DNA of 64,000 bases from the human T2T-CHM13v2.0 reference genome, Homo sapiens. The translations under genes and the position numbers were made by a program. Shown one piece after another: positions 12,576 to 29,117 of the stretch (within the stretch, counting starts at the first letter, position 1; the number at the start of each line of letters is the position of its first letter). The notes beneath the pieces were generated by a model. That model saw only the letters and a list, made by a program, of their open reading frames with translations. It did no database searches and was not told where the DNA came from. The stretch is from NCBI RefSeq assembly GCF_009914755.1, contig NC_060936.1; one strand, given 5' to 3'.

Positions 12576-15500
12576 CACAAGAGTTTTAAATGCTAGTGGG
12601 GAAAGCAGTGGATTTTTATTTTTCTTAAAACTTGAATACATCATCTTATAACTATTATATCATAGAATTTAAATTTGTTGAGAACAAATTTTGTGGGGAT
12701 TATTTATTTAAGGTCTGGAAGACTTCTATTTTAATGAGAAATGTATCAGAGAAAATAAAGAAAAATGTTTCTAGATTCTTCAAGGAATGAAGTTGTTTTC
12801 TTAATGAGTCACACTTAGGGTGATACATTAAATGAGAGAAACGTGGTTGTCAATCTATTCTATTCTGGAACAGTTTAGCAACTTGTGAAATATCAGACCG
12901 TTTGGACCAATATCCCCACTTCTATGCATTTTCCCTATGGGGATGATCATACAAGAGTGAAAAGACGTAAGCACATGAATGTTTCTTATAAATCTGTTTT
13001 TAATATAGAAAACTTGGAAACATCCCAAATATTCACCAGTAGGGGAATGATTAAGTAAATTACTGCACATACAAATAATAAAATTCTCAAGTCATTAAAC
13101 TTGATGTAGCTCAACATTTATTGACATTAAGTGATATTTGTGACATACTGTTGAGTCAAAAAAACAAGTGAAAAATGTCTAAGTATGGTTCCATTTATGT
13201 AAAATTATATTCTTCTCTTTAGAAAGACATTCACTGAATTTTTTTTTATGATTATTTACAGGGAATGGAATTTTGATTTTTTTGTTCCTTAGGCTTTTTT
13301 GGTTTTTACAATTCTATTAGGTATATATATAATTTTAATAAAAACAATGTGAGTTTATAGGCAAATTTCTTAGAATGAAGTAAAATGTAATTGGAAACAT
13401 ACTGCTTGGAACTATTTATGGAAGCAAATCTAACTGAAGTCAATTTGGAATCAGTTTGTTTAATGTAAGAAAAATATTGGAAATAATATTATATAAAGAA
13501 TTTCTTAATGAAAATAAAATTTTAAAAAGAATTTTAAAAGATAATATAAACACCATAACCTAAAATGTCATTTTTCCTAGCTTCATTGAGGTATAATTAA
13601 AGATGAAAATTATATATCTTTGAGGTGTATGACATGATGTTTTGATATAGGATATATTAGAAAATGTTTACCACAATCAACCTAACTAACATATCCATCA
13701 CCTCACCTAGTTATCATTTCTTTTTTCTAGTGAGAACACTTGAGATCTACTGTTTTGACTAATTTCAAGTATACAATAAATTATTGTTAGCTGTAGTTAT
13801 CATGCTATACATTAAGTCGGCAGAAACTACTCATCCTATAACTGAAAGTTCTATCCATCAACATCTTCCTTCACCCTACTCTCCTGCCTCAAGCCCCTAG
13901 TAACCTCCATTCAATGCTCTGTTACTATGAAATTGACTTTACCTTCCATTCTGTGTATGGCTTGTTTCATTTAGCATAATGTCCTTCAAGTTCAACTATG
14001 TCACAAATGACAAGATTTCTTTCATTTTAAGGCTGAATAATATTTCATTATATATATAATATTCATATATATATCCTTTTCTTTCCATTCATCTCTCAAT
14101 GGACAATTAGGTTGTTTCCATATCTTGGCTACTGCGAATAATGCTGCAATGAACATGGGAATGCTAATATCTCTTTGTGATAGCAATTTTATTTCTTTTG
14201 GATATATACCAAGAAGTGGGATTTCTGGGTCAAACATTAGTTCTATTTTTAATTTATTAAGAAACTACCATACACTTCCCATAATGGCTCTTCCAATTTA
14301 TATTCCCACCAATGTTTTATAAGGGTTTGCTTTTTTCTTAACATCCTAACCAATACTTGTTTTCTTTTGACTTTTTTTGATAACAACCATCCTAACTAGC
14401 GTGAGGCAATATCTCATTGTGGTTTTGATTTGCATTTCCTTGATAATTATTGATGTTTGTATACTTGTTGGACATTTGTATGTCTTCTTTGGAAAAATGT
14501 TTCTTAAGATTCTTTACCTATTTTTAATCAAGTTATTTGGTTTCTTTTTTTTTTCTATTGAACTGTAGGAATTCCTTGTATATTTTGAAATATATGATGA
14601 TATTATATTTTATATACTTTTATGTATTTTGGACCTTAACTCCTTAATAGATATGTGCTTGCAAATATTTTATCCCATTCTGTGTGCTGTCTTTTCATTT
14701 TGTTGAATGTTTTCTTTGCTGTGCAGAAACTTTTAAGTTTGATGTAGTCTGACTTTTAAATTTTTGTTTTGTTTCCTGTACTTTGATGTCAAATCCAAAA
14801 AAATCATTGCAAAGACCAATGTCATAAAGCTTTTCCCCTATGTTTCTTCTAGGAGTTTTACAGTGTCAGGTCTTACACTTAAGTCTTTAATCCATCTTGA
14901 ATTAATTTTTGCACATGGTGTAAGATAAGGGTCCAATTTCATTCTTTTGCTTGTGGATATTCAGTTTTCCCAACACCATTAGTTGAAGAGACTGGGCTTT
15001 CCCCATTGTTTATTCTTGGAGCCTTTGTCAAAAATTAGTTGACAATATGTGTGTGGGTTTATTACTGGGATCTCTATTTTGTTCCATTGGTCTATGTGTC
15101 TGTTTCTATGCCAGTATCATACTGTTTCAATTACTATAGCTTTGTAATACAACTTGAAATCAAGAAGTGTGATGCTTCCAGCTTTGCTCTTTTTGCTGAA
15201 GATTGCTTCAGCTATTTGGAGTCCTTAGGGGTGCCATATGAATTTTAGGATTGTTTTTCTATTCTGTGAAAAATGCCACTGACATTTTAGTAAGAATTGC
15301 ATTGAATCTGTAGATCAGTTTGGGGGCATTTTAAAGAACATTATTGTATGAACATTTTAACAGTATTCTTCCAATCCATGAACATGGATATCTTTCCATT
15401 TATTTGTGTTTTCTTTAATTTTTTTCATCAATATTTTACAGTTTTCAGTGTATAGGTATTTCAACTCTTTTGTTAAAATTGCTCCTTTTTATTCTGTTTG

Positions 15501-16355
15501 ATGCTGTTGTAAATAGGATTGTTTTCTTAATTACCACAGCATCAAACAGAATTAGTTACATTGTTATTGTTAGTGAACATAAACATAACTAATTTTTGTA
15601 TGTTGATTTTGTATCCTGCAAGTTTACTGAATTCATTGATTAGTTCTAACAGTTTTTTGGTGGAGTATTTATGGCTTTCTGTATATAAGATTATGTCATT
15701 AGCAAACAGAGGTAATTTTACTTTTCTTCTCCAATTTAGATGCCTTCTATTTCTTTTTCTTACTCTGGCTTGGACTTCCAGTACTATGTTGAATAGAATT
15801 GATGAGATGAGCACCTTTGTCTTTTAGTTTTTCACTGGTGAGAATGACATGAGCTGTGGGTTTGTTATATATCCTTTAGTATGTTGAAGGACATTCCTTC
15901 TATACCTAATTTGTTGAGAGTTTTTATCATATAAGGATGTTGAATTTTGTCAAATGCTTTTTCTGCATTTATTGAGATGCTCATGTAATTATATTCTTCA
16001 TTTTGTTAATATGTGGTTTTACATTTATTGATTTGCATATGTTAAACCATCCTTGCATCTGAGGAATAAATACCACATGATCATGGTGAATGATCCTTTT
16101 AATTTGATGTTGAATTCAGTTTGCTTGTATTTGTTTGAAATTTTTGCATCTATGCTCTTCAGGGATATTGGCCTGTAATTATCTTTTCTCATGGTATCCT
16201 TGTCTGGCTTTGGTATCAGGATAATGCTGACCTTGTAAAATGAGTTTGGCAGTATATCCTTGCCTTCAATTTTTTGGAAGAATTTAAAAAGAATTGGTAC
16301 TAATTTTTCATTAAATGTTTGATACAATTCATCTGTGAAGCCATTCAGTCCTTGA

Positions 16356-16679
<324 letters not shown>

Positions 16680-18320
16680 TAAGGAGAGTTTTAATTACTG
16701 ACTTAATCTCGTTTTTGCTATTGGTCTGTTCAGATTTTCTATGTCTTCATGATTCAGTCTTGGTAGGTTGAATGTTTTCAGAATTTATCCATTTCTTCCA
16801 GGTTATTCAATTGTTTTGGTGTGTAATTGTTCATAGGAGTCTCATATATTTCTACGGTATCAGTTGAAATGTCTCCTCTTTCATTTATAACTTTATTTAT
16901 TTGAGTCTTCTTTTCTTAATTAGTCTAGCTAGACATTTGTCAATACTTATCTTTTCAAAAAATAACTTAGTTTCAGTGATCTTTTGTATTGTTTTTCTCT
17001 TTATTTTGTTTATTTCTGCCTTTATCTTTTTTATTTTCTTCTATCTGCTGACTTGGGGCTTAGTATTTTCTCTAGTTTCTTGAGGTGTAAAGTTATATTT
17101 TTTATATGAGATCTTTTTTTCTTAATGTAGGCATTTATCACTGTAAAATTTCCTCTTAGAACTGCTCTTGCTGCATCCTATAAGTTTTAGTATGCTGTGT
17201 TTTCATTTTTGTTTGTCTTAAAATACTTTTTGAGTTCCCTCTTGATTTCTTCTTTTATCTATTGGTTTTCAGGAGTGTGTTGTTTAATTTCCATATATTT
17301 TTGAATTTTTCTATTTTCTTTATACTACTGAATTCTAGTTTTATACCATTTTGGTTAGAAGAGACACTTGATATAATTTCAATCTTCTTAAATTTGTTAA
17401 TCCTTGTTTTGTGGCCTAACACCTGATTTCTTACAGAGAATTCTATGTGTGTTTGAAAACAATGTATATACTGCTGCTGTTAGGTCAATTGTCCTATATA
17501 TGTTTGTTGGGTCTATTTTGTCTATAGTGTTATTCAAGTCTGCTGTTACCTTATTGATTTTCTATCTGGATAATCTTTGTATTGTTGAAAGTGGGGTATT
17601 GAAGACCCCTACTATTATCATATGACCATCTATATCTATCTTCATTTCTGTTAATATTTAATTTGTATCTTTAGATGTTCTGATGTTGGGTACATATATA
17701 TTTACAATTGCTATGTATTCTTGATGAATTGACTCCTTAATCATTATGTAACATAATACTTTGTCTCTTATGGCAGTTTTTTACTTAAAGTCTGTTTTAT
17801 CTGCTGTAAGTATAGCCTGCTCTGTTTTGCTTACCATTTGCTTGAAATATCTTTTACCATTCCTTTATTTTTAACCTATGTGCACCCTGAAAGCTAGTCT
17901 CAGGTGCACAGTGTGTAATTGGATGTTGTTTTTTTAAATAGATTTGGCCACTTTGTCTTTTGATTGGGGAATTTGATCCATTTACATTTAAAGTAATTAT
18001 TGATAGCTAAGCAGTTACTACTGCTATTTGTTAATTATATTGTGACTCTTTTATAGTTCTTTTGTTCCATTCATTCTTTCTTCCTGTCTTTCCTTGTGAC
18101 TTGATACTTTTCGTAGCGGTATGCTTTGATTCCTTTTTCTTTCTCTTTTGCCTATCTACTACAGATTTTTCCTTTATGGTTACCATGAAGCTTACATAAA
18201 ACATCTTAAAATTATAGCACTCCATTTTAAGCTAATAATTATTTAACCTTGACCACATACAAATCTCCACATTTTAACTTCTCCTCTCCAAACATTTTAT
18301 GTTATTGATGTAGCAATTTA

Positions 18321-18609
18321 TTTTGTTTTAGAGATGGAGTCTCTCTCTGTCACCCAGGCTGAGCAGTGGTGTGATCTTGGCTCACTGCAACCTCTGCCTC
18401 CTCAGTTCAAGTGATTTTCCTGCCTCAGCCTCCTGAGTAGCTGGGATTACAGGCATGCACCACCATGCCCAGCTAATTTTTGTATTTTTAGTAGAGATGG
18501 GTTTTTGCTGTATTGGCCAGGCTGGTCTTGAACTCCTGACCTCAAGTGATCTGCCCACCTTGGCCTCCCAAAGTGCTGGCATTCCTGGCATGAGCCACCA
18601 TGCCCAACC
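18321..18609 (-). mobile_element. Alu (AluS) inside L1MA
   Basis: Full dimer with a short tail. Confidence 0.95.
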
Positions 18610-19595
18610 CTGCAGTTTACAATTTTGTGCATCATGTATCCATTAACAAATTATTGTAGCTGTAGTTATTTTTAATACCTTTGTCTTTTTATTTTTGTAC
18701 TATACTAGAGTTAAAAGTGATTTTATGCATCACATTATTATTCTAGATTTGACTATATTCTTACTTTTAGAGTGAGTTTCATACTTTCCTATATTTCCAT
18801 GTTGTTAGTTAACATTGTTTCACTTTAATTTGAACTACACCCTTTAGCATTTTTTGTAAGGCAGGTGGAATGGTGATAAACTCCCACAGGCTTTGTCTGG
18901 AAAAGTCCTTACCTCTCCTTCATTTCTGAAGAATAGCTTTGCTGATTATGGTATTTTTGGTTGATAGGTTTTTCTTCTTTCAGTACTTTAAGCATATCAT
19001 TCCACCCTCTTTTGACCTGGAAGGCTTCTGCTTAGAAATCCCCTGATAGCCATATATGGGTTCCTTTGTATGTAATGAGTTGCTTTTGTCTTTTTGCTTT
19101 AAAAATTCTTTGTCTTTGACTTTTGACAATTTGATTATAATGTGTCTCAGTGAAGATCTCTATAACTAAATACAAATTTAATTTACTTAGGGTTCTTTGT
19201 GCTTCATGGATGTAGATATTCACTTCCCTCTCCAGATCTGGAGATTTTTCTGCCATTATTTCTTTAAATGAGCCTTCTACCCCTTACTCTTCCTCTGCTC
19301 TTTTGTGACTTTCACAATACATATATTGGTTCACTTGATTGTGTCCCATACGTCCTGTAGGCTTTCTTTATTCTTTTCATTTCTTTTTGTTTTTCTGGGT
19401 TACTTCAAATGGCCTATGTTCAAGCTCACTGGTACTTCTGCCTGATAGAGCCTGCTGTTAAAGCTTTCTAAGGTATTTTTCAGTTTGGTCACTGGTTCTT
19501 TAGCTTTGGAATTTATGTTCGGTTCTTTTAAAAATAATTTCTATGCTTGAACTCCTTGTTGAGCTTTTCATTTTGTTTGTATATTGTTTTTCTGA

Positions 19596-21076
<1,481 letters not shown>

Positions 21077-21829
21077 TGACCACAGGTGACTGCCTGGCAC
21101 TAAAACAGGCCTAGAGGTTGGGTTTGCAGGGGCAGACCAGTGTTCTGGGGCCACAAGGGCCAGCCTAGAACCTGGGTCTACTGGGATAGATATGAACCAT
21201 ATGTCTGCTGGAGTGTGGGGCTGCAGTGGCTGCTGGTTACTGGGTGGGGATAGAGCCTGTATTTGCAGGAGCTGGCCTGGAACATAGGTACATGTGTGCT
21301 GGTTTGGTGACTGGAGTCATGGCGGCTGACCTGGAGCTGGGGTTCTTGGGTTCCAACCTGGCACAGGAGTCGGCCTGGAGGCTAAATCTGCTGGGAATTG
21401 GGACCTTGGAGGCCAGCAGCCAGCCTGGAGCCTGTGTTTGCAGGGGCTGACCTGACTCTGGTCATGTCTAGAGCCTGTGTCTTAGGAGGGTGGCCAGCTT
21501 AGGTCTGTGTGTGCTGGTCTGGTACCTGCAGCCACAGTAGTGTGTCTGGAGCCAGAATCCACAGCAAAATCAGATGCTCACTTCACTTTTTTTCTCCACT
21601 GGAAGAGTTTCTTTCTGCACGCTATGCTGCCCAGGCACGGGAAAAGGCAGTGCATCTTTTCTTATTTCTGTGCTACACCAAGGCGTTGCAATTTTTCACT
21701 TGAATCCTTTAGTTTGTTAAAGGTATTTTTGGGCATGGATAGTTGTTTGTGATGTTTCTCTAACAGAATAAGTGCTGTAAAGTCCTATTCTGCCATCTTG
21801 CTGATGTCACTCCCCCATATTTCTTGACA

Positions 21830-22642
21830 GTAGATACTGCCATTGCTCATTTAGTTTCCCTCCCTCCCCTTTTACTTCTTCTTTATACCCCTCCACTGTC
21901 TTTAATGTGATTTTACTTTTAACAGCTTCTAACCTGTCACTCTTCTTCAAAGGACTGTCCTTAGGCCACTGGAACAGCTTTACTCATAGACACAGAAAAC
22001 TAGAAGAGTCTGGGAGTTTTTGATCCCCTGCAATGATGCTTACCCAATGAGTAATCACTTTGGGAGATGAAAGTCTACCTTCCTTGCCTTAGGACGCAAC
22101 GACTTTGAGGCTGTAACTTATACTTCAGAATCTCCTATGGAATCAGACTGAAACTACCCACCTAGGAATTTGCTAAAACCATAGCATCCTTGGTTTCATT
22201 GTTTTTCTTTTTCTTTCTTTCTTTCTCTTTTTTTTTTTTTTTTTTTTTTGAGATGGAGTTTCACTCTTGTTGCCCAGGCCGAAGTGCGATGGTGCATCTC
22301 AGCTCATGCAACCTCTGCCTCCCGGGTTCAAGTGATTCTCCTACCTCAGCCTCCCAAGTAGCTGGGACTACAGGTGCCTGCCACTATGCCCGGCTAATTT
22401 TTGTATTTTTAGTAGAGATGGGGTTTTGCCACGTTGGCCAGGCTGGTCTTGAACTCCTGACCTCAGGTGATCCGCCCACCTTGGCCTCCCAAAGTGCTGG
22501 GATTACAGGCGTGAGCCACTGTACCTGGCCCATTGTTTTTCTTTGTTATGTTTCCCCCTCTTCCTTATCAGCTTCTTATGGAAACACTTCCTTGCACACA
22601 AATCCTCATCTCAAAGTCTGCTTCAGAGGAATACAACATGAC
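21830..22642 (+). mobile_element. ERVL LTR (LTR16/LTR33-like) split by an Alu
   Basis: 3' end CTTGCACACAAATCCTCATCTCAAAGTCTGCTTC...GACA. Left boundary approximate. Confidence 0.55.
22211..22530 (-). mobile_element. Alu (AluS)
   Basis: Perfect 14-bp TSD CATTGTTTTTCTTT (22197-22210, 22531-22544). Confidence 0.95.
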
Positions 22643-24109
22643 ATAGGTCCAACATTGCTTTCCAAATATTTCTAATGAGTTTCCAGAATTGAATTTAACA
22701 ACACAATATCCATATCTTCCACATTAGACTAAAAGCTCTTTGCTCTTTGAAGGCAGACAGAAATGTTTGATTCTGATACTTATTTGCCATTGAAACTGAA
22801 AATAAAAGTTTACACTCAGTGAGCCAAATTAGTGAATAATTGGAAGGCATAGGGTCAGTAGTCAGTAATTTTATTTAGGATTGTCCCTAGATGAATGAAG
22901 TGAGAAGTCTATGTCTCTCATTATAATCCTTGTGACTAAATTAGTCTGATGTCTCCAGACAAAAGATGCTTCATTTCTATCAACCACTGTTAAGGATTGG
23001 ATGATAAAAATGCATTCTACCTTAAACATTTCTTAATTCTAAAGAACCAGATGAATAAGGGCAGTACTTCCTCTTCACTCAATTATGATAAATTACCTTA
23101 TCTTTTATATTGTGTTGGAGAGCCAGGGGAGTGATTGAAAGTTCTTTTTGTTGCTTTTCAATTTGTCCTTGCTTGCATAGTTCTTGAAATTAGAGGACAT
23201 ATGTGGTTTGTAGAAGTCAAGCTGGTAAGCTTGTAATCAGTGTAATATAATGAAAGTCATCTAATTGAGGTCTGTTTAGTTTTCATTTTCTACATAATGG
23301 GGGCATAGTAAGTATTATGGGATATTAAGTTAACTAGTGATATTTTACTATTCATGCCTAGCATGAAAATCAATTTCCCATTGATTTGATTTAGTTCTGT
23401 GCATCAGGAAGTAGATAACTAAAGAAAGGGATTAAAGTATTAAATTTAGTTTCTTTCCTTAGTCATTCATCCTTAGAAACCATTACATTATTTATCCCTC
23501 ACTCTGTGGAAAAGTAAAATCCTCTCCTCAGATAAGTTTTATTTTCTATAAGTGTTTTTTGTAATCCCAGTATATATTTGCTGTTCAAGAAATAAGTGGT
23601 CAGAACTATAATTTGTCTAATGACTTCATTATAAATAGAAATGTAATTTAGATGTTCATTCTCTTTTACTTCATTTTTTTCCTTTCACAGTTATTTTTCA
23701 CAACTTGGTAGTATCAAGAAAAATAAGACGTAGCATAAAAAGAATTATTTTCTTTCTGCTCTAAGCATCAGTTAATGAATATATATGCATAACCCTCCTC
23801 ACAAGGAAGATTAACGATTTTGAAACTTTTCCCCACCTGCAACAGGGACACTTGAAGCACATCTTTTCTGAAGGTGGACCCCTGAGATTTGGGTTCTGCC
23901 AGGTAACATGGGACGAGAGATCAAAATTAGTCAACAGCTGGATGTACACTAAATATTTGTTTCCTTTTATTATTTTTCAAGCTCTCTTGGATTGCATCTT
24001 TTAGAAACACCACAGTTGTGCTTATTAAATTGAACAAGTTAACAAATATAAAGTACTTAGAATAGCTCCTGGAACATTGTAAGTTCTCAGTAAATATTAA
24101 TTATATTGT

Positions 24110-24722
<613 letters not shown>

Positions 24723-25269
24723 TATCATCATCATCAGTTTTTCCTTAAAACTTACTTCTAAAACATACCTCCTTTTTTGGCACTAGATAGGGCCTAAATA
24801 AATAAGGAAGCAAACAAAATTCTTGGAATCCTCTTGTTAAAAAAAATTATTTCAAAGAGATTTTAATTGCATGAAAAAGACTTTACCAGAAGCATAGTAG
24901 ATAATTATTTCATCAGAATTTTCTCTGGGAAATTATATATTCTGTCATTTTTCTGATCAAAATGTCTTTAGCTCCAAACAAACCTAAATTTCAATTCTGG
25001 TCCTGTCCTTTAGGGTGTGGGCCAATCAACTTCTTTTTGGAATTTCAAGGAAAAGCAGTTCAACAGCAGCAAATAGTCAGGACCAAATGAATATATTTAC
25101 CTAACAGCCCTGAAAGAATATGAGACAAAGAAGGGCATCTTTATTTTAGACATCCATACAGACACATCAAACCTTTAAACTAAAACAGTCATTTGAATTT
25201 TATTGTCATCACTTTGAGATTTTACCAAGAAAAAATTTCTGAAGACTCTCAAAATGACAGTCCGTATTT

Positions 25270-26890
25270 ATCCATATATTAACCATTCTAAATCACTTTA
25301 TTCCTTTGTGTAGAAACGAGTTTCCATATGATATCATTTTCCTTCTGCCTAAAAAATGTTAACATTTCTTGCAGTGCATTTGTGTTAGTAATGGATCCTC
25401 AGATTTTGTGGTATGAATGTCTTTATTTACTTTTCTTATTAAAAGATATTTTTACTGGCTATAAAATTTTAGGATGAGTTTCTTTCAGAACTTTAAAAAT
25501 GTCATTCCATTGTCTTTTGGTTGGCATAGTTTCTTATGAAAACCCATGGTTTTCTTCTGTAGTAATGTGTCCTTTTCTCCAACTGCTTCCAAGATTTCCT
25601 CTTCATCATTTGTTTTCAATAATTTTGGTTTATTTGTGTCTATCTTGCTTTCATTGGCTAAAAGCTCTTTGATCTGGTATATGGTGTTCATCAAACTTGG
25701 AAACTATTTGGCCATTAATTCTTCAAATGTTTTTCGAACCCTTCCTCTCCTTCGGGAACTCCAATTACATGTGTTAGACTGCTTGATATTGTCAATGATG
25801 CCTCAGTCTTTCTCTCAGTGATTAATTTGCAATAGTACCTGTCTTCAAGCTCTTTCTTTCTGTATTATCTAATCCACTGTTAATTCTATCTTTTGAGTTT
25901 TTCATTTAAAATATATTTTTCAGCTCTAGAAGTTCCCTTGCTTCCTTTTTATGTCTTCCTTTTCTTCTCCTCATTGGGTTCATATTTTAAATTCTTTAGA
26001 ATATTGAATATATTTTTAATAGTTGTTTTAAAGTTATTATCTGCTAATCCCATCATTTGTGTCATTTCTGGGTCTCTTTCTATTGACTAATTTTTCTCCT
26101 GCTATGGGTCACATTTTCCTGCATTTTCATATATGTGTCAATGTTTTATTGGATACTTCACCTTGTGAATTTTATATTGTTCCATGGTGAATATTAATGT
26201 ATTCATTTAAAAGATGTTGGATTTTGTTCTGGTAGGCAGTTAAGTTACTTTACGATTGACTTGAGCCTTTGAAGTCTTTATTTATAAATTTTCTTAGGGT
26301 AGGTATAGAGTAGCATTTAAGACCAGGCTATTTTTAGCCCCACTACTAATGTGTAACCCTTCTCAGATGTCTACTGAAGACATTTGTATTTCACAAAGTC
26401 TCTACTTTTGCCATATGTGAACCATTTGTGAGCCCTGAGAATTGCTCGACTTAACCTCTCTGGTAGTTGTTCTTTCCCTAACACTTATTCTTTGCTTGGC
26501 TTCATGGAATTTCTCCCTACATGAGGGTAGACTGGCATTCAGCCAAAATCTCAAGGGGATGCCCTAGCAGATTTCCAGAACTCTCTTTTTTTAAAAAAAT
26601 AATTTCCTCCTCTCTACTACTATGCCCCATTAATATTAGCCTCCAAAGTCAAAACTTCAATCTCTGTCTTCTCAACTCAGCAAGATTGCCAAGCTGTTTG
26701 GTGTCTGCCTCTCTATACTGAAATCCAGAACGTGCCTCTAGGCAGAGAGCCAGGGCAGTCATGGACTCACCTAATTTGTTTTCCCTCTCTCAAGGATCAC
26801 AGTCCTGTGCTGCCTATTACTTAATGCTTAAAGATAATTGTTTTATATATTTGTCTAGTTTTCTAGTTGTGTATTGCAGAGGGTAATTCT
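25270..26890 (-). mobile_element. Highly decayed L1M (ORF1/5' region) fragment
   Basis: ORF 25485..25694 resembles L1 ORF1 (KLLKTNDEEEILEA); T-rich L1-like composition. Boundaries approximate. Confidence 0.6.
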
Positions 26891-27993
26891 GTAGCCTTGG
26901 CAACTTTTTAGCTCTGTGACCTGGGCAAATTACTTTGTCTGTCCAAACTTCACTTTTCTTATTAGTAAATGAGGATTATACTCTAATGACTTTTAGTGTG
27001 GTGAGTATTAAATGAAATAATGTGTCGAGTACTCTGCCCATTGTAAGTTCTCAGTAAAAGGTCACTGCTGTCAACAATTTAAAGTCAAAAGTCACACAAA
27101 AAAACTTTATGGAACCAATTAGGCCTTTTCAGATTGAGATGTTCCATCTTATTGAGTGATTTATTTTTCCGTTTTGTTTTGTTTTGTTTTCCTCTGTACT
27201 CATCCACTCACAATAATTGGCTAAGGTCCTTCTAACTTGAACAACAGAAAGTGAAGATAGGCCAAAAGATCATGAACTTGAAGGTTTATATGTGACTGTA
27301 AACAACAGAATACAGTGTACCTAGAGCAATAGCTGGAAAACTAGCTAAGCCTGGCTGAACATCAACAAGATAGTCATGTATGAAATGAGAAAGAGGTAGG
27401 GAATGAGTATAAGCAAACAAAAGCCATAGCAATTTATGGGACTGATGAGTTTGTAATAAGGATGATTTCACCTTCAAGTAATGGCAAACCCTTATTCAAA
27501 GTGCTTAAAACAATGGTAAATGTATTATCTCATATGATACCTTTATAATACATACCTGTCCAGGGGCAGGGTAGATTCCCGGTGCATTGTATCAGTGCCT
27601 TGGCTCTGCCTGTGCTTCTCTGTGATTCTTTGATCTCTGCCTGACTTTGTTAGCTTCATCTTTGGGTTGTCATGACTTAACAACATCTGGAAAATGAAGA
27701 AGAATCTTCTCATCCAATTCTCTTTCTTAGGAGTAGATAACTTTTTACTAGAAGCTCTACCTGCCATCTCCCAGCACAGATATGTACTCACCTCTCCTTG
27801 GCTAAATAAGGTTAAGTGCCTGTTCCTAAACCAAGGAGGGAGTGGGTTAACTGATTGGCTTACGCTAATCATGTGAGGTAAATGGATGTTGGAGGGTCAA
27901 CTACTATGATCACCACACAAAAAAGAGTAGATTTTTTAGGGTTTAAAGTAAGCAGGGGTTGCACATATCATTTTGCTTCATATGAAACAATTA

Positions 27994-28146
27994 CAGATGT
28001 TCCTTGACTTCTGATGGGGTTATGTCTTGATAAGCCCACCATAAATTAAAAATATCATAAGTAAAAAATGTATTTAATGGCCCAATAAACCTATTGTTAA
28101 GTAGAAAATCTGTAAAGTCAAACCATTGTAAGTTGAGGAATGTCTG
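27994..28146. mobile_element. Short MER47-family Tigger MITE
   Basis: TIRs CAGATGTTCCTTGACTT / AAGTTGAGGAATGTCTG flanked by TA on both sides. Confidence 0.8.
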
Positions 28147-28716
28147 TATTAGTGTCATTTTGGTGATTGGTGAAAGAGTGTAGAATGACATGTTAAGGAG
28201 TAACAGATCTACAAAGTACTGCAGGGCTTGGCCCTGGAGACCACCTCCTCACTGTGGAACCTTAGCTTGAACAGTTCTAGGTTGCTGTGGAGTTAATGAC
28301 CATTCTATCTTGCGGTGCTTCTAACTCTAACAGGGAAGACTGTGGTCTTGGTTAAACTGATATTTATTTATTGGGTTAGACTCAACCAACTTGGAAGCTT
28401 ACTTTTATCCTAAGTTTATTTTAAATTGGTCACAGCAAAATTTCACACAAAAAATTAGTCAGTTAATGAGAAAGAGAAAATGATATTTTGGTCACAAAGT
28501 TGGGAAGTCCATCAGCCATTTCTTAGTTGGCATAATCTTGAAAGCATTTTACTCTAGATAGTTATGGGCAAACTGTAAAAGTAGTAGGAACGACTGAATT
28601 TTGAAATAAGAATCTGGCCATACCACACCCAACGAGAGCTCTTTTACTAAGTGGAAATATCAGGTAGCTTTAGGAGCTGGCAAAGATAATTTTTAGTAGA
28701 AAATGAACTTTAAAAC

Positions 28717-29017
28717 TTTCTTTTTTCTTTTTAAGACACGGTCTCAGGCACTCACAGGCTGGAGAGCAGTTGCGAGATTACAGCTCTCTGCAGCCTTGAC
28801 CTCCCTGGGCTCAGGCAATCCTCCCACCTCAGCCTCCTGAGCAGCTGGGACTACAGGTGTGTGCCACCATGCCTGGCTAATTTTTGTATTTTCTTTAGAG
28901 ACGGGGTTTCGCCATATTGCCCAGGCTGGTCTCAAACTCCTGGACTCAAGCCATCTGCCCACCTTGGCCTCCCTCCCAAAGTGTTAGGATTACAAATGCG
29001 AGCCACTGTGCCCAGCC
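28717..29017 (-). mobile_element. Alu (AluJ)
   Basis: J-type diagnostics (GCAGCCTTGACCTCCCTGGGCTCA). Confidence 0.93.
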
Positions 29018-29117
29018 AAAAATCTTTTTTTTAAAGTTCAACTACTCCTGACTAAAAGCGTTAATGCACTTACCTTTAATGTAAAGAGTATTTTCTGAAG
29101 CTCAAATTTTAACTAAA

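Noticed and set aside
22190-22675. Alu-containing ORFs (also 12137, 24299, 40001, 45896, 51545, 54362, 62151)
   Set aside because: Typical Alu antisense translations, not genes.
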